DNA of 64,000 bases from Acidobacteriota bacterium (GTDB taxonomy: Bacteria > Acidobacteriota > UBA6911 > RPQK01 > JAJDTT01). Made by a program: the position numbers and the translations under genes. Below the pieces are notes generated by a model. The model was not told the origin of the DNA and made no database searches. It saw nothing but the letters and a program-made list of their open reading frames with translations. This document shows positions 11,036-20,330 of this stretch, piece by piece; position 1 is the stretch's first letter, and each line of letters begins with the position of its first letter. The stretch is from assembly GCA_965209055.1 (NCBI GenBank), contig OZ242374.1:256001-320000 (forward strand), read 5' to 3'.

Positions 11036-14000
11036 GTGTCCTATTCCGTCTCCGCAAGGCGGTTGGCGGCGGTGGTCTTTCCGGGTCTGCTGTTCTGCCT
11101 CTTGGGCGTTGCCCAGGCGGGCGCCCCGGGCAAGGTGGACATCAGTCCGGAAGCCCGGGAGTTTTTCGAGCGGAACATCCGTCCGGCACTAGCCGACAAC
11201 TGCTACGTCTGCCACAGTGCCGACTTGGCGCAGGGAGAACTGCGGCTCGATTCTCCCGGCGGCTGGGAGCAGGGCGGCAAGTCGGGGCCGGCCATTTTCC
11301 CGGGTGATCCCGACGCGAGCCTTCTGATTCGAGCCATCCGTCACCAGGGGCCAGGCCTGCCCATGCCCCTGGGCGGCGAGAAACTGTCCGCTGATCTGAT
11401 CGACGTCTTCGAAAGATGGGTGCGCCTGGGGGCGGCCGCTCCGAGAGACGCCGGCGGGCCGGGAGCGGATTCTGCGGACGAGGCTCATGCCGATTGGGAG
11501 CAGGTCTACCAGGACCGCAGCCGTTGGTGGTCCCTCCAGCCGGTCTCGCAACCACCGGTTCCGCAAGTCCAACGGAAGGAGTGGTCGGAAGAGCCCGTCG
11601 ATCGCTTTCTCCTCGCCAGGTTGGAAGCAAACGGCCTGACCCCGGCTCCGCGCGCCGATCGGCGCACCCTGTTGAGGCGGGTCAGCTATCTGCTGACCGG
11701 ACTGCCCCCGAAGCCCGGGGAAGTCGCCGCCTTCCTCCGGAATCCCGACTTCGACGCTGCGTACGCCCGGGAAGTGGACCGCCTGTTGGACTCGTCCCAT
11801 TTTGGAGAGGAGTGGGCGCGGCACTGGATGGACGTGGTCCGTTACAGCGACACCTACGGCTATGAAACGGATGCCGAGATCAAGGGTTCGTGGCGTTATC
11901 GCAACTACCTGATCCGCGCCTTCAATGAGGACATCCCCTTCGACCAGCTTGTCCGCGAACACATTGCGGGTGATCTCCTCTCGGAACCGCGAATCGATGC
12001 CGCCAGGCAGATCAACGAGTCCATGGTCGGTCCCACCTGGTTCCAGATGGGTGAGAATCGTCACGGCGACAGCCTGATGTTCAACGGCATCCACCAGGAG
12101 ATGCTCGACAACAAGGTCGACACCTTCTCGAAGGCGTTTCAGGCGACCACGGTCGCCTGCGCCCGCTGCCACGATCACAAATATGACGCCATCGCCCAGC
12201 AGGACTACTACGCTCTGGGCGGCGTCTTCATGAGTTCGCGCTGGGTGACCCACACGCTGGACCTCCCGGAACGCAACGAGAACGTTTTGGAGGAGTTGGC
12301 GGGTTTGAAGACGAAACTCCGCAGCCCGCTGGCGGACTGGTGGCTGGAGGAGGCGCGGCAGATTCCCCGGTACCTGTTGGCGGCGCAGGCCGTCGTCGAG
12401 GGCCGGATGGATCCGGCGCAAGCGGCGCAGGATCTGGATCGGGCTCGCCTCTCCGCGTGGGAGAAGGCGATCAGTCCCAGGCCCTTCGAAGGGCAGACCA
12501 CAAAACAGGACGAGGAAGAAGCGGCCGAAACGGCTGCTCGGGACACCATGTCCGGTCCTCTCTTTCCCTGGTTGGAAATCCAGGAATCCCTGCTTGAGGG
12601 TGAGCAACTGGAATTGGCCTGGCGGAGTCTCGCCGGGGAGTATTCGCAGGCTCGCCGGGAACGAATCGAGAACAACGCCAGGGACTTTACCCTCGCCGCC
12701 GACTTCAGCCGCAGAGACCTTCCCGAGGGATGGTCGGTGGATGGAGTCGGAGTGCGCCACGGTTGGGTCGAAGACGGCGATTTCACGGTGGCGCTCAAGG
12801 GTTCCGGGGCGGTGGGAATGCTCCTGCCAGCCGGAATGTTCACACACGCGCTCTCGCCCCGGCTCAATGGGGCGGTCCGGACACCGTTTCTGAATCATTC
12901 CGGCCGGTCCTACGTCAGCATGGGGGTGATCGGCGGCGACTACAGCGCTCACCGGCTCATCGTGGACAATTCCTTCCGGACGGAGCGGCAGACCTATCTG
13001 GAGGACCATCGTCCCCACTGGATCCGCCATTCGACCCTGGCGGATCACAGGACCAATCGTTCGCCGAGCTCCGACGAGTCCGCGGAGACTCGGATCTACA
13101 TCGAGTTGGCGACCAAGGCGTCGAACCCCAACTTCCCGCCGAGAGTGGGACTCGGGCCCGACATCTCGGCAGCCGAGGCCCGGGACGCCCGGAGCTGGTT
13201 CGGCGTGACCCGGGTGTTCCTGCACGACAAGAAGGAACCGCCCGCCGACGAGCTGGGCCGTTTCACGTCCTTGTTCAGCGGTGATGCGCCGGTCGATCTG
13301 ACACAACTCGCCGCCCGCTACGGAGAGTGGATTGCGGCGTCGGTGGAAGACTGGGCCGAAGGTCGCGCGGACGAAGAGGACGTCCTGCTGATCAATGGGT
13401 TGCTGGAAGCCGGACTGTTGCCGAACCAACTGCTGCCCGGCAACATGCTTGCCCGCAAAGAGATTTGGGACCTGGTCGCCTCCTACCGCGAGGTCGAGGA
13501 GAAGCTGGTCGACCCGGTGACGGTCCTGAGCATGGCCGACCTGGATCCTGGCCGCGACTACCGCCTCAACGTGCGAGGCGTCTACACGGATTACGGCCAG
13601 CGGGTGCCGCGCGGGCATATCCGGGTGCTGTCGGGCCAGTCCAGCGGTTCAGACCCCAAGGGCAGCGGGCGCCTGGAGCTGGCCCGGTTGATCGCCAGTT
13701 CCGAGAACCCACTCACGGCCCGCGTCTTCGTGAATCGGGTCTGGCACTGGGTCTTCGGTTCCGGAATCGTCCGAACCCCGGATGACTTCGGTCATCTCGG
13801 CGACCGGCCCTCTCATCCCGAGTTGTTGGACTATCTCGCCGGCCGCTTCGTCCAGGAAGGCTGGTCGGTGAAGAAGCTGGTCAGGATGCTGGTGATGACG
13901 GAGACGTTTCAGCAATCGAATCAGGCCAGCGCCCGGGCCCATGAGGTGGACCCCGTCAATCGGATGTTGCACCATTATCCGCTCCGCCGGCTGGACGCCG

Positions 14001-14569
14001 AGTCCATTCGGGACGCCATGCTCGCCGTCTCCGGACGTCTCGATCCTGAACTCCTGGGCGGATTCGTGGATCCCTACCGGCCCAAGAGCAAGGTGGTCAA
14101 GGCGGATCAGACCTATTTCTCAGGGCCTTTGGACGGGAACGGACGGCGCTCCATTTACCTCAGAAACACGATCATGGAGCCGTACAAGTTCCTGGAGACG
14201 TTCAACAAGCCCATTCCCAAGATGCCCACCGGCCGGCGTGACGTCACGAATGTGCCCAATCAGGCCCTGACCATGCTCAACGATCCCTTCGTTGCCGGGC
14301 AGGCCGAATTCTGGGCCCGCCGGTTAATCGCCGAATCGCACGGCTCGCTTGAGCAGCGGCTGACCGACATGTTCCGGCATGCCCTGGGACGGGAGCCGGA
14401 GGCGGGCGAGTTGACGACGTGGACCCAGGCGGTCCATGATTTCAATGCTCTTCACCAGAGCCACTCTGACGGGAGTCCGTCCTCGGAGGACCTCCTGCAG
14501 TCGGTGGCGGTCTGGAAGGACACGGCCCACGCCATCTTCAATACGACGGAGTTCATCTATGTACGCTAA
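11036..14569 (+). CDS. Planctomycete cytochrome c / DUF1549 (PSCyt2) / DUF1553 (PSD1) protein
   Basis: CYVCH and CARCHDHK heme motifs. WARHWMDVVRY, NPLTARVFVNRVW, PSHPELLDYLA, QALTMLN, EFIYVR. Signal peptide from GTG 11036 (ORF opens 10928). Confidence 0.9.
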   Translation: MSYSVSARRLAAVVFPGLLFCLLGVAQAGAPGKVDISPEAREFFERNIRPALADNCYVCHSADLAQGELRLDSPGGWEQGGKSGPAIFPGDPDASLLIRAIRHQGPGLPMPLGGEKLSADLIDVFERWVRLGAAAPRDAGGPGADSADEAHADWEQVYQDRSRWWSLQPVSQPPVPQVQRKEWSEEPVDRFLLARLEANGLTPAPRADRRTLLRRVSYLLTGLPPKPGEVAAFLRNPDFDAAYAREVDRLLDSSHFGEEWARHWMDVVRYSDTYGYETDAEIKGSWRYRNYLIRAFNEDIPFDQLVREHIAGDLLSEPRIDAARQINESMVGPTWFQMGENRHGDSLMFNGIHQEMLDNKVDTFSKAFQATTVACARCHDHKYDAIAQQDYYALGGVFMSSRWVTHTLDLPERNENVLEELAGLKTKLRSPLADWWLEEARQIPRYLLAAQAVVEGRMDPAQAAQDLDRARLSAWEKAISPRPFEGQTTKQDEEEAAETAARDTMSGPLFPWLEIQESLLEGEQLELAWRSLAGEYSQARRERIENNARDFTLAADFSRRDLPEGWSVDGVGVRHGWVEDGDFTVALKGSGAVGMLLPAGMFTHALSPRLNGAVRTPFLNHSGRSYVSMGVIGGDYSAHRLIVDNSFRTERQTYLEDHRPHWIRHSTLADHRTNRSPSSDESAETRIYIELATKASNPNFPPRVGLGPDISAAEARDARSWFGVTRVFLHDKKEPPADELGRFTSLFSGDAPVDLTQLAARYGEWIAASVEDWAEGRADEEDVLLINGLLEAGLLPNQLLPGNMLARKEIWDLVASYREVEEKLVDPVTVLSMADLDPGRDYRLNVRGVYTDYGQRVPRGHIRVLSGQSSGSDPKGSGRLELARLIASSENPLTARVFVNRVWHWVFGSGIVRTPDDFGHLGDRPSHPELLDYLAGRFVQEGWSVKKLVRMLVMTETFQQSNQASARAHEVDPVNRMLHHYPLRRLDAESIRDAMLAVSGRLDPELLGGFVDPYRPKSKVVKADQTYFSGPLDGNGRRSIYLRNTIMEPYKFLETFNKPIPKMPTGRRDVTNVPNQALTMLNDPFVAGQAEFWARRLIAESHGSLEQRLTDMFRHALGREPEAGELTTWTQAVHDFNALHQSHSDGSPSSEDLLQSVAVWKDTAHAIFNTTEFIYVR

Positions 14570-15992
14570 AGGATGGAACGAATACCCACCCATCAGTCGC
14601 CGTGAATTGCTGCGCAGGACCTCCACCGGCTTCGGGGCCCTGGCCCTGTCGGCGCTGTTGGCCGAAGAATACGGCTTGGCGGCGCCGTTGATCGACGGCA
14701 AGACCCATTTCCCCGCCAAAGCGAAGAACGTCATCTTCTGCTTCATGGACGGAGGACCGAGCCACATCGACCTGTTCGACTACAAACCCATGCTGAATCA
14801 ACGGCAGGGCGAGGAGATCGGGAAATCGGCGGTCTCGGAAAAATCGCAATCGACGGCCGACCGGGTCTGGTTGGGGACCCCCTGGGAGTTCCAGCGGCGC
14901 GGCAAGAGCGGAATCTGGGTCAGCGAGCTGTTCCCCCATATCACCAAGGTGGTGGACGATATCTGCCTGGTCCGCTCCATGGTCGGTGAGGTTCCCCTCC
15001 ACGGCCAGCAGAATCTGCTGATGCACACCGGACGCCTCACGGGCCGGTCACCCAGCTTCGGATCGTGGGTCTCCTATGGGCTCGGCAGCGAGCGGGACAA
15101 CCTGCCGAACTACGTCCTGCTGGACAACGGACTGAGAGTTCCAAACGGCGGTTGGGAGAACTTCAGCAACTCTTTTCTTCCCGCTTCGCATGCGCCCAAC
15201 GTGCTGCGGGCGCGAAACCCGGTGATGGAAAACATCATGCCGGCGGATCATCCGGCCGTGCAGCGGCGCAAGCTCGACCTGCTCCGGGAACAGAGCCTCC
15301 GATTCGCGGCCAAGACCGGCGACAGCGCCATCGAGGCGGTGATCAAGAACTATGAAACGGCGTTCCACCTGCAGACGGCGATGCCGGAACTGGCCGACGT
15401 GAGCGGCGAGTCCGAAGCCACGCGCACGATGTACGGGCTCGACAGCACCAACGAGTACAAGAAGTTCTACGGTCTGCAGTGTCTCCGGGCCCGGCGGCTG
15501 GTGGAAAGAGGCGTGCGCTTCGTGGAGGTCGCCTGTCCCCTGACCCATGCCAACAACTCGCCCTGGGACCAGCACAGCAATCTGAAGAAGTACCACGAGG
15601 AAAACGCCATGATCACCGATCAGGGCGTCGGAGCGCTGATCCAGGATTTGAAGCAGCGGGGGCTGCTCGACTCCACCATCGTGCTCTGGGGAGGCGAAAT
15701 GGGCCGGACCCCCCATACCCCCAAGATCAAAGAGGGGATGGGAAGGGACCATCACGTGAACGGGTACTCGATTTTCCTGGCCGGCGGCGGCTTCAAACCA
15801 GGTTTCACCTACGGGACGACGGACGAATTCGGAAACTCGGTCGTCGAGAAGCCCACGTCGATCCACTCCGTCCACGCCACGATTCTCCATCAGCTCGGAC
15901 TGGATCACGACAAGCTGACCTTCCGGTTCGGCGGGCGGGACATGAGTCTCACCGACGTGCACGGCGAGATCCTCAAGGAACTTCTGATCTAG
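14559..15992 (+). CDS. DUF1501 domain protein, Tat signal
   Basis: SRRELL, GGPSHIDLFDYKP, RRLVERGVRFV, WDQH, GEMGRTP, GRDH, HATILHQLG. Overlaps the DUF1553 stop. Confidence 0.9.
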   Translation: MYAKGWNEYPPISRRELLRRTSTGFGALALSALLAEEYGLAAPLIDGKTHFPAKAKNVIFCFMDGGPSHIDLFDYKPMLNQRQGEEIGKSAVSEKSQSTADRVWLGTPWEFQRRGKSGIWVSELFPHITKVVDDICLVRSMVGEVPLHGQQNLLMHTGRLTGRSPSFGSWVSYGLGSERDNLPNYVLLDNGLRVPNGGWENFSNSFLPASHAPNVLRARNPVMENIMPADHPAVQRRKLDLLREQSLRFAAKTGDSAIEAVIKNYETAFHLQTAMPELADVSGESEATRTMYGLDSTNEYKKFYGLQCLRARRLVERGVRFVEVACPLTHANNSPWDQHSNLKKYHEENAMITDQGVGALIQDLKQRGLLDSTIVLWGGEMGRTPHTPKIKEGMGRDHHVNGYSIFLAGGGFKPGFTYGTTDEFGNSVVEKPTSIHSVHATILHQLGLDHDKLTFRFGGRDMSLTDVHGEILKELLI

Positions 15993-16016
15993 GGACCGGT
16001 CGTCGTCCGCGGGAAA

Positions 16017-16922
16017 TCAGGCCAGGGACCGCAGCAGATTGCGCATCTTCACCGTTTCGGTGAAGACGTCCGCCTTGTCCAGGTCCATCCACCCCTCCAG
16101 GTGCTCGTATTCCAGGGACAGGAATCCCGTGTAGGTCGCCGAGGCGAGCTTGCCGATGATTCCGGTGAAGTCCAACGTTCCCTCGTCCCATCGAGCCTGA
16201 AGTTTTTCAGGGGCGGCCTGCCTGAGATGGACGTGGGCCGTGTAGGGGACGAGGGGGTCCACCTGCTCCTGAGCGTGGCCGAGACAGATGAAGTGGCCGT
16301 AGTCCAGGGTCAACTTCAATTCCGGATTGGTCTGCACGAAGGTCAGCGTGTCCAGGGGCGACTCCAGAATCGACCCGACATGGGCCTCGAACGTGGTGGT
16401 GATTCCTTCTTCCCGGGACATGGCGGACATGTGATGCAGCTCTTCCGCCGCGAGTGCCAGGGCCTTCTCCCGCGTCCATCCTTCCTGCACGATTCCGGGG
16501 AGCACCGTGACGGAAGGAATCCGGCAGGCCCTGCAGAACTCGATCACGGATCGGTAGTCTTTTCGATTCCGTTTCCGGACGCCTGCGTCTTTGTGGTTGA
16601 TGGCCCGTTCGTGAAAGTTGGCGGCGAAGTTGTAGTTGAGGTTGGAGACGGGAGCGCCCAGGTCCATGATCTCCCGCGCCAGTTTTCGGGGCCGGCGGAG
16701 GATCTGCTCGCTCGCCAACATCGGCGAATCGGGATTGCCCGGCACGGCGATCAGATCTGCGGCCCCGATCCCCAATGCACGATAAATCCGAAGCGCCTCA
16801 GGCAGGGTCGCGCCGACGAAGGACCAGGTGGAACCGCTTACGGGCATGGTCCCGGCGACGGTCAGTCCCCGCGTCCGGGACCGCGCCCGGGCCAGAAGGG
16901 AAGATGGCTCGGACCGCTCCAT
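16017..16922 (-). CDS. Sugar phosphate isomerase/epimerase (xylose isomerase-like TIM barrel)
   Basis: Metal-ligand pattern FEAH, LDYGH, HVHLRQ, SLEYE. AGGAG SD before ATG 16922. Confidence 0.8.
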   Translation of the reverse strand: MERSEPSSLLARARSRTRGLTVAGTMPVSGSTWSFVGATLPEALRIYRALGIGAADLIAVPGNPDSPMLASEQILRRPRKLAREIMDLGAPVSNLNYNFAANFHERAINHKDAGVRKRNRKDYRSVIEFCRACRIPSVTVLPGIVQEGWTREKALALAAEELHHMSAMSREEGITTTFEAHVGSILESPLDTLTFVQTNPELKLTLDYGHFICLGHAQEQVDPLVPYTAHVHLRQAAPEKLQARWDEGTLDFTGIIGKLASATYTGFLSLEYEHLEGWMDLDKADVFTETVKMRNLLRSLA

Positions 16923-16944
16923 GTCGACTCCTGTCCGTTTTGGG

Positions 16945-18018
16945 TCAGGGCAGAGACTCGCGCACCATGGCGGTCCCGGCCACCAGCGCTTCCAGCTTGG
17001 CGTAGGCCACGTCGCGCGGCAGGAACCACATGCCGCAGTCCGGCGCTGCGCGCAGCCTTTCCGCCGGGACGACTTCCAGCGCATCCCGGAGGCGCCGGGC
17101 GATGTGTTCCGGTGTTTCCACCTGCCGCGAACCCAGATTGAGCAGTCCCAGGATGACCTCCTTGTCTCCGCAGTGACGCAAGAGGTCCGGCTCGTGACCG
17201 GGCTGTTCATATTCCAGGCTGATCTGTTGAGCGCGGGAACTGGCAATCGCCTCCAGTGCCTGCGCGTAGCGTGGATTCACCTGCTTCTTCCCGATCAGAG
17301 CGTAGCCGTAGCAGATGTGGACGGCGGTGGTGCAACGGATTCCCGCCAGGGCCACGTCCAGGGCCCGGGTTCCCCAGCGGCAGGCCTGGTCGGCCCGGAA
17401 GTGGAAATCGGGTTCGTCCAACTGCAGGACGTCGGCGCCCTCTTCATCCAGGGCGCGCAGTTCCCGGTTGATGACGGAAGCGAGGTCCATGCCCAGCGCC
17501 TCCTCGTCCGCGTAGAACTCGTTGACCAGGCGGGCGGCGGCCGTCAGGGGACCGATGACGGTCATCTTCACGGGACGCGAGGCATGCCGTTTCAGAAAAC
17601 GGAGATCTTCGAGGGCGGCCGGGCCCGGCCAGCCCAGCTTGTCCACGACCCGGGGAGCATAGGCTTGGCCCAGACGGCCTTTCAATGCCGGATCGAGTTG
17701 AATGAAGCTCATGTCCCGGTCATCCATGGACCACTGGCCCAGCCGGGTTGTATTGAGTCCGCGAAAACGAAGGAAATAGGAATCGAAACGATGCCGCCGC
17801 TCTTCCCCGTCGGTGATCACGTCCAGACCGGCGCGTTCCTGATCGGCGATGGCGAGGCGGGTCGCGTCATCCTGGGCGTCTTCGAGCACTTCCGGCTCCG
17901 GTCTCCAAAACGTATCATCGCCGTAGGGGGTCGTGACCCGGTGGTGACGAATAAGCCAGCGGGGCTTGCTGTAGCTTCCCACGAGTTGGGTCAGCAGAGA
18001 GCCCTTCATGCGGTTCAT
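16945..18018 (-). CDS. Cobalamin-independent methionine synthase II (MetE C-terminal single-barrel) family protein
   Basis: VGSYSKP, AGLDVITDGEERR, LQLDEP, Zn ligands HICYG and APDCG, AYAKL. Confidence 0.85.
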   Translation of the reverse strand: MNRMKGSLLTQLVGSYSKPRWLIRHHRVTTPYGDDTFWRPEPEVLEDAQDDATRLAIADQERAGLDVITDGEERRHRFDSYFLRFRGLNTTRLGQWSMDDRDMSFIQLDPALKGRLGQAYAPRVVDKLGWPGPAALEDLRFLKRHASRPVKMTVIGPLTAAARLVNEFYADEEALGMDLASVINRELRALDEEGADVLQLDEPDFHFRADQACRWGTRALDVALAGIRCTTAVHICYGYALIGKKQVNPRYAQALEAIASSRAQQISLEYEQPGHEPDLLRHCGDKEVILGLLNLGSRQVETPEHIARRLRDALEVVPAERLRAAPDCGMWFLPRDVAYAKLEALVAGTAMVRESLP

Positions 18019-18057
18019 TCTCGGGTCCGGCGGTCCTGAAGGCAAGGAGCCTCCAAG

Positions 18058-18142
18058 GCGGTCGAACCTTGTGGTCGCCCTCCCGGGACCGTCGATTGAT
18101 GCGGGCACGTTGGAGGGTACCCACACAAGGGGGGTCCCCTAC
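18058..18142 (+). repeat. REP doublet (REPIN-like), GTAG family, copy 1
   Basis: ...CCTTGTGGTCGCCC-spacer-GGGTACCCACACAAGGGGGGTCCCCTAC. Homologous in inverted orientation to 40491-40574, spacer included. Confidence 0.75.
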
Positions 18143-18187
18143 AACCGAACCACCAGAATAATGGGGGCAGTCTGGTGCCCGCTTCTT

Positions 18188-18216
18188 TTGACACGAATCG
18201 AAAGAAGCAATATACT
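18188..18216 (+). promoter_or_regulatory. Near-consensus sigma70 promoter of the RNA-binding protein gene
   Basis: TTGACA(18188)-N17-TATACT(18211). Confidence 0.8.
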
Positions 18217-18420
18217 CTCGCCGTCTTGTTCAACAGAGGGCTCCACGGATAGCGTCGCAAGTTGTTGTTGAGAGCCCGAGCTAGTTTCATCCCTGCGAAA
18301 GACTCCCTAAGGAATCACCGATCGGATCGTGGAACCAAAGAGAATCGGGCCCGGCTCCTCTCCATTTGCAGTTGGCGCCTCAGGGTGGATGGCTACATTT
18401 CATGCATTTAGGAGGAGAAA

Positions 18421-18765
<345 letters not shown>

Positions 18766-18790
18766 GTTTCGACGGCGAAGCGTGATTCGG

Positions 18791-18834
18791 GGCGTTCCCT
18801 GGCTTCCGGTCTATGACCGGTGGCCGGGGTCGCC
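18791..18834. terminator. Long imperfect hairpin between convergent genes
   Basis: GGCG..CCCTGGC..CCGGTC-TAT-GACCGG..GCCGGGG.CGCC. Confidence 0.4.
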
Positions 18835-18875
18835 GGAATGCCTCTCCCCCCATACATTTCTGCACGCAGGTCGGG

Positions 18876-20249
18876 TTAGCTCAGTATCTCCTCGACCACC
18901 CGGCCCCCCACGTCGGTCAGGCGGAAGTCCCGCCCTCCGTAGCGATAGGTGAGCTTCGTGTGGTCCAACCCCAGGAGGTGCAGGACGGTGGCGTGCAGGT
19001 CGTGGGGATGGACCCGGTCTTCCACCGCCTTGAAGCCGAAGTCGTCGGTGGCGCCGTACGTCATGCCTCCCCGGACGCCGGCGCCGGCCAGGAGCGTGGT
19101 GTAGCCGTGGACGTTGTGGTCGCGGCCGTAGCCGTACTTCACTAGCCCGCTGTTCTGAATCATTGGAGTTCGGCCGAACTCGCTTCCCACGATGAGGAGC
19201 GTCTCTTCGAACAGGCCCCGCGCCTTCAGGTCCTGAATCAGGGCGGCGATGGCCCGGTCAGCGTCCGCCGCCAGGATCCGGTGGTCCAGGATGTCGTCAT
19301 GGCTGTCCCAGGGTTGGGACTTGCCGTAGAAGATCTGGACCATGCGCACCCCGTGTTCGACGAGGCGAAGCGCCATCAGGCAGCCGCGGGCGAAGTCGGT
19401 GTCGCCATACCTGGAGCGAGTCGACGGTTCCTCCCGGGTGACGTCCAGTGCCAACGGCGCCTCCATCTGCATCCGGAAAGCCACCTCCATGGCCTGGATT
19501 CCCGATTCCAGTTGCGGTTGGTGTCCGACCCGGTCCAGGTAGCGCCGATCGAGCCGGTCCAGGAGGGCCAGCTGGCGCCGCTGCTGGTTCGGGGTCAAGG
19601 CGGAATTGCGGACGTTGCGGACCAATTTCTCCGGGTCGATCTCGTTGTTTGGGACGTAAGTGCCCTGGTATGAGTTGGGCAGGAAAGCCGAGGACCAGAG
19701 CTGGGGGCCACCCACCGGATACCCGGGACAGAGAACCACGAAAGCGGGCAGATTCCGGTTCTCGGAGCCCAGTCCGTAGGTGATCCACGAGCCCATGGAG
19801 GGGTGCCCGGCCAACTGGTGGCCGGAGTTCATGAGGTACAGGGACGGCACGTGATTGCCATTGTCCGAATACATGGACCGGATCACGCAGAAGTCGTCGA
19901 TGAGTCCCCCGATCCGGGGGAAGATCTCCGACACCAGGATGCCGCTCTCACCCCGAGGCCGGAATCGGAACGGGGACTTCATCAGATTTCCGGTCGCGCT
20001 GTCGGTCCGGATCTTGGGGCCCGGCATGGGTTTTCCGTCGTGCCGGTCCAGTTCCGGTTTGGGGTCGAAGCTGTCCACCTGTGAGAGGCCGCCGTTGAGG
20101 AAGAGAAAGATCACGTGCTTGGCGCGGGCCGGGAAGTGCGGGGTTCCCGCCGAGGCGGGCATGCTCCGGGAGGCGGCGCCCAGGGAACCGGACAACCCCA
20201 CCGTGCCGAAGCCGGCGCCCATCATCGACAGCAGCTCACGGCGGTTCAT
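18876..20249 (-). CDS. DUF1501 domain protein, Tat signal (no adjacent DUF1553)
   Basis: MNRRELL, GGLSQVDSFDPKP, WDSH, SEFGRTP, GRDH, DLHATVLHLLG. Confidence 0.9.
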   Translation of the reverse strand: MNRRELLSMMGAGFGTVGLSGSLGAASRSMPASAGTPHFPARAKHVIFLFLNGGLSQVDSFDPKPELDRHDGKPMPGPKIRTDSATGNLMKSPFRFRPRGESGILVSEIFPRIGGLIDDFCVIRSMYSDNGNHVPSLYLMNSGHQLAGHPSMGSWITYGLGSENRNLPAFVVLCPGYPVGGPQLWSSAFLPNSYQGTYVPNNEIDPEKLVRNVRNSALTPNQQRRQLALLDRLDRRYLDRVGHQPQLESGIQAMEVAFRMQMEAPLALDVTREEPSTRSRYGDTDFARGCLMALRLVEHGVRMVQIFYGKSQPWDSHDDILDHRILAADADRAIAALIQDLKARGLFEETLLIVGSEFGRTPMIQNSGLVKYGYGRDHNVHGYTTLLAGAGVRGGMTYGATDDFGFKAVEDRVHPHDLHATVLHLLGLDHTKLTYRYGGRDFRLTDVGGRVVEEILS

Positions 20250-20330
20250 GGAACCAGTATAGGTTCCTGCGGCGACTTCCGCCATGGGCGTCCCCATTGC
20301 GGCGAATTTCGGTGGGCGCCGAGCGCCTTG

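Noticed and set aside
11189-13618. Very long antisense ORFs (also 432-1904, 1684-3516, 20115-22001, 34787-36859, 37167-39605, 40420-42117, 48106-50043, 55128-56735)
   Set aside because: They are shadow frames opposite well-supported genes, expected from high-GC codon bias, and have no recognisable motifs.
16945-18018. Assigning gene symbol metE
   Set aside because: Half-length protein lacking the folate-binding barrel, so function is uncertain.
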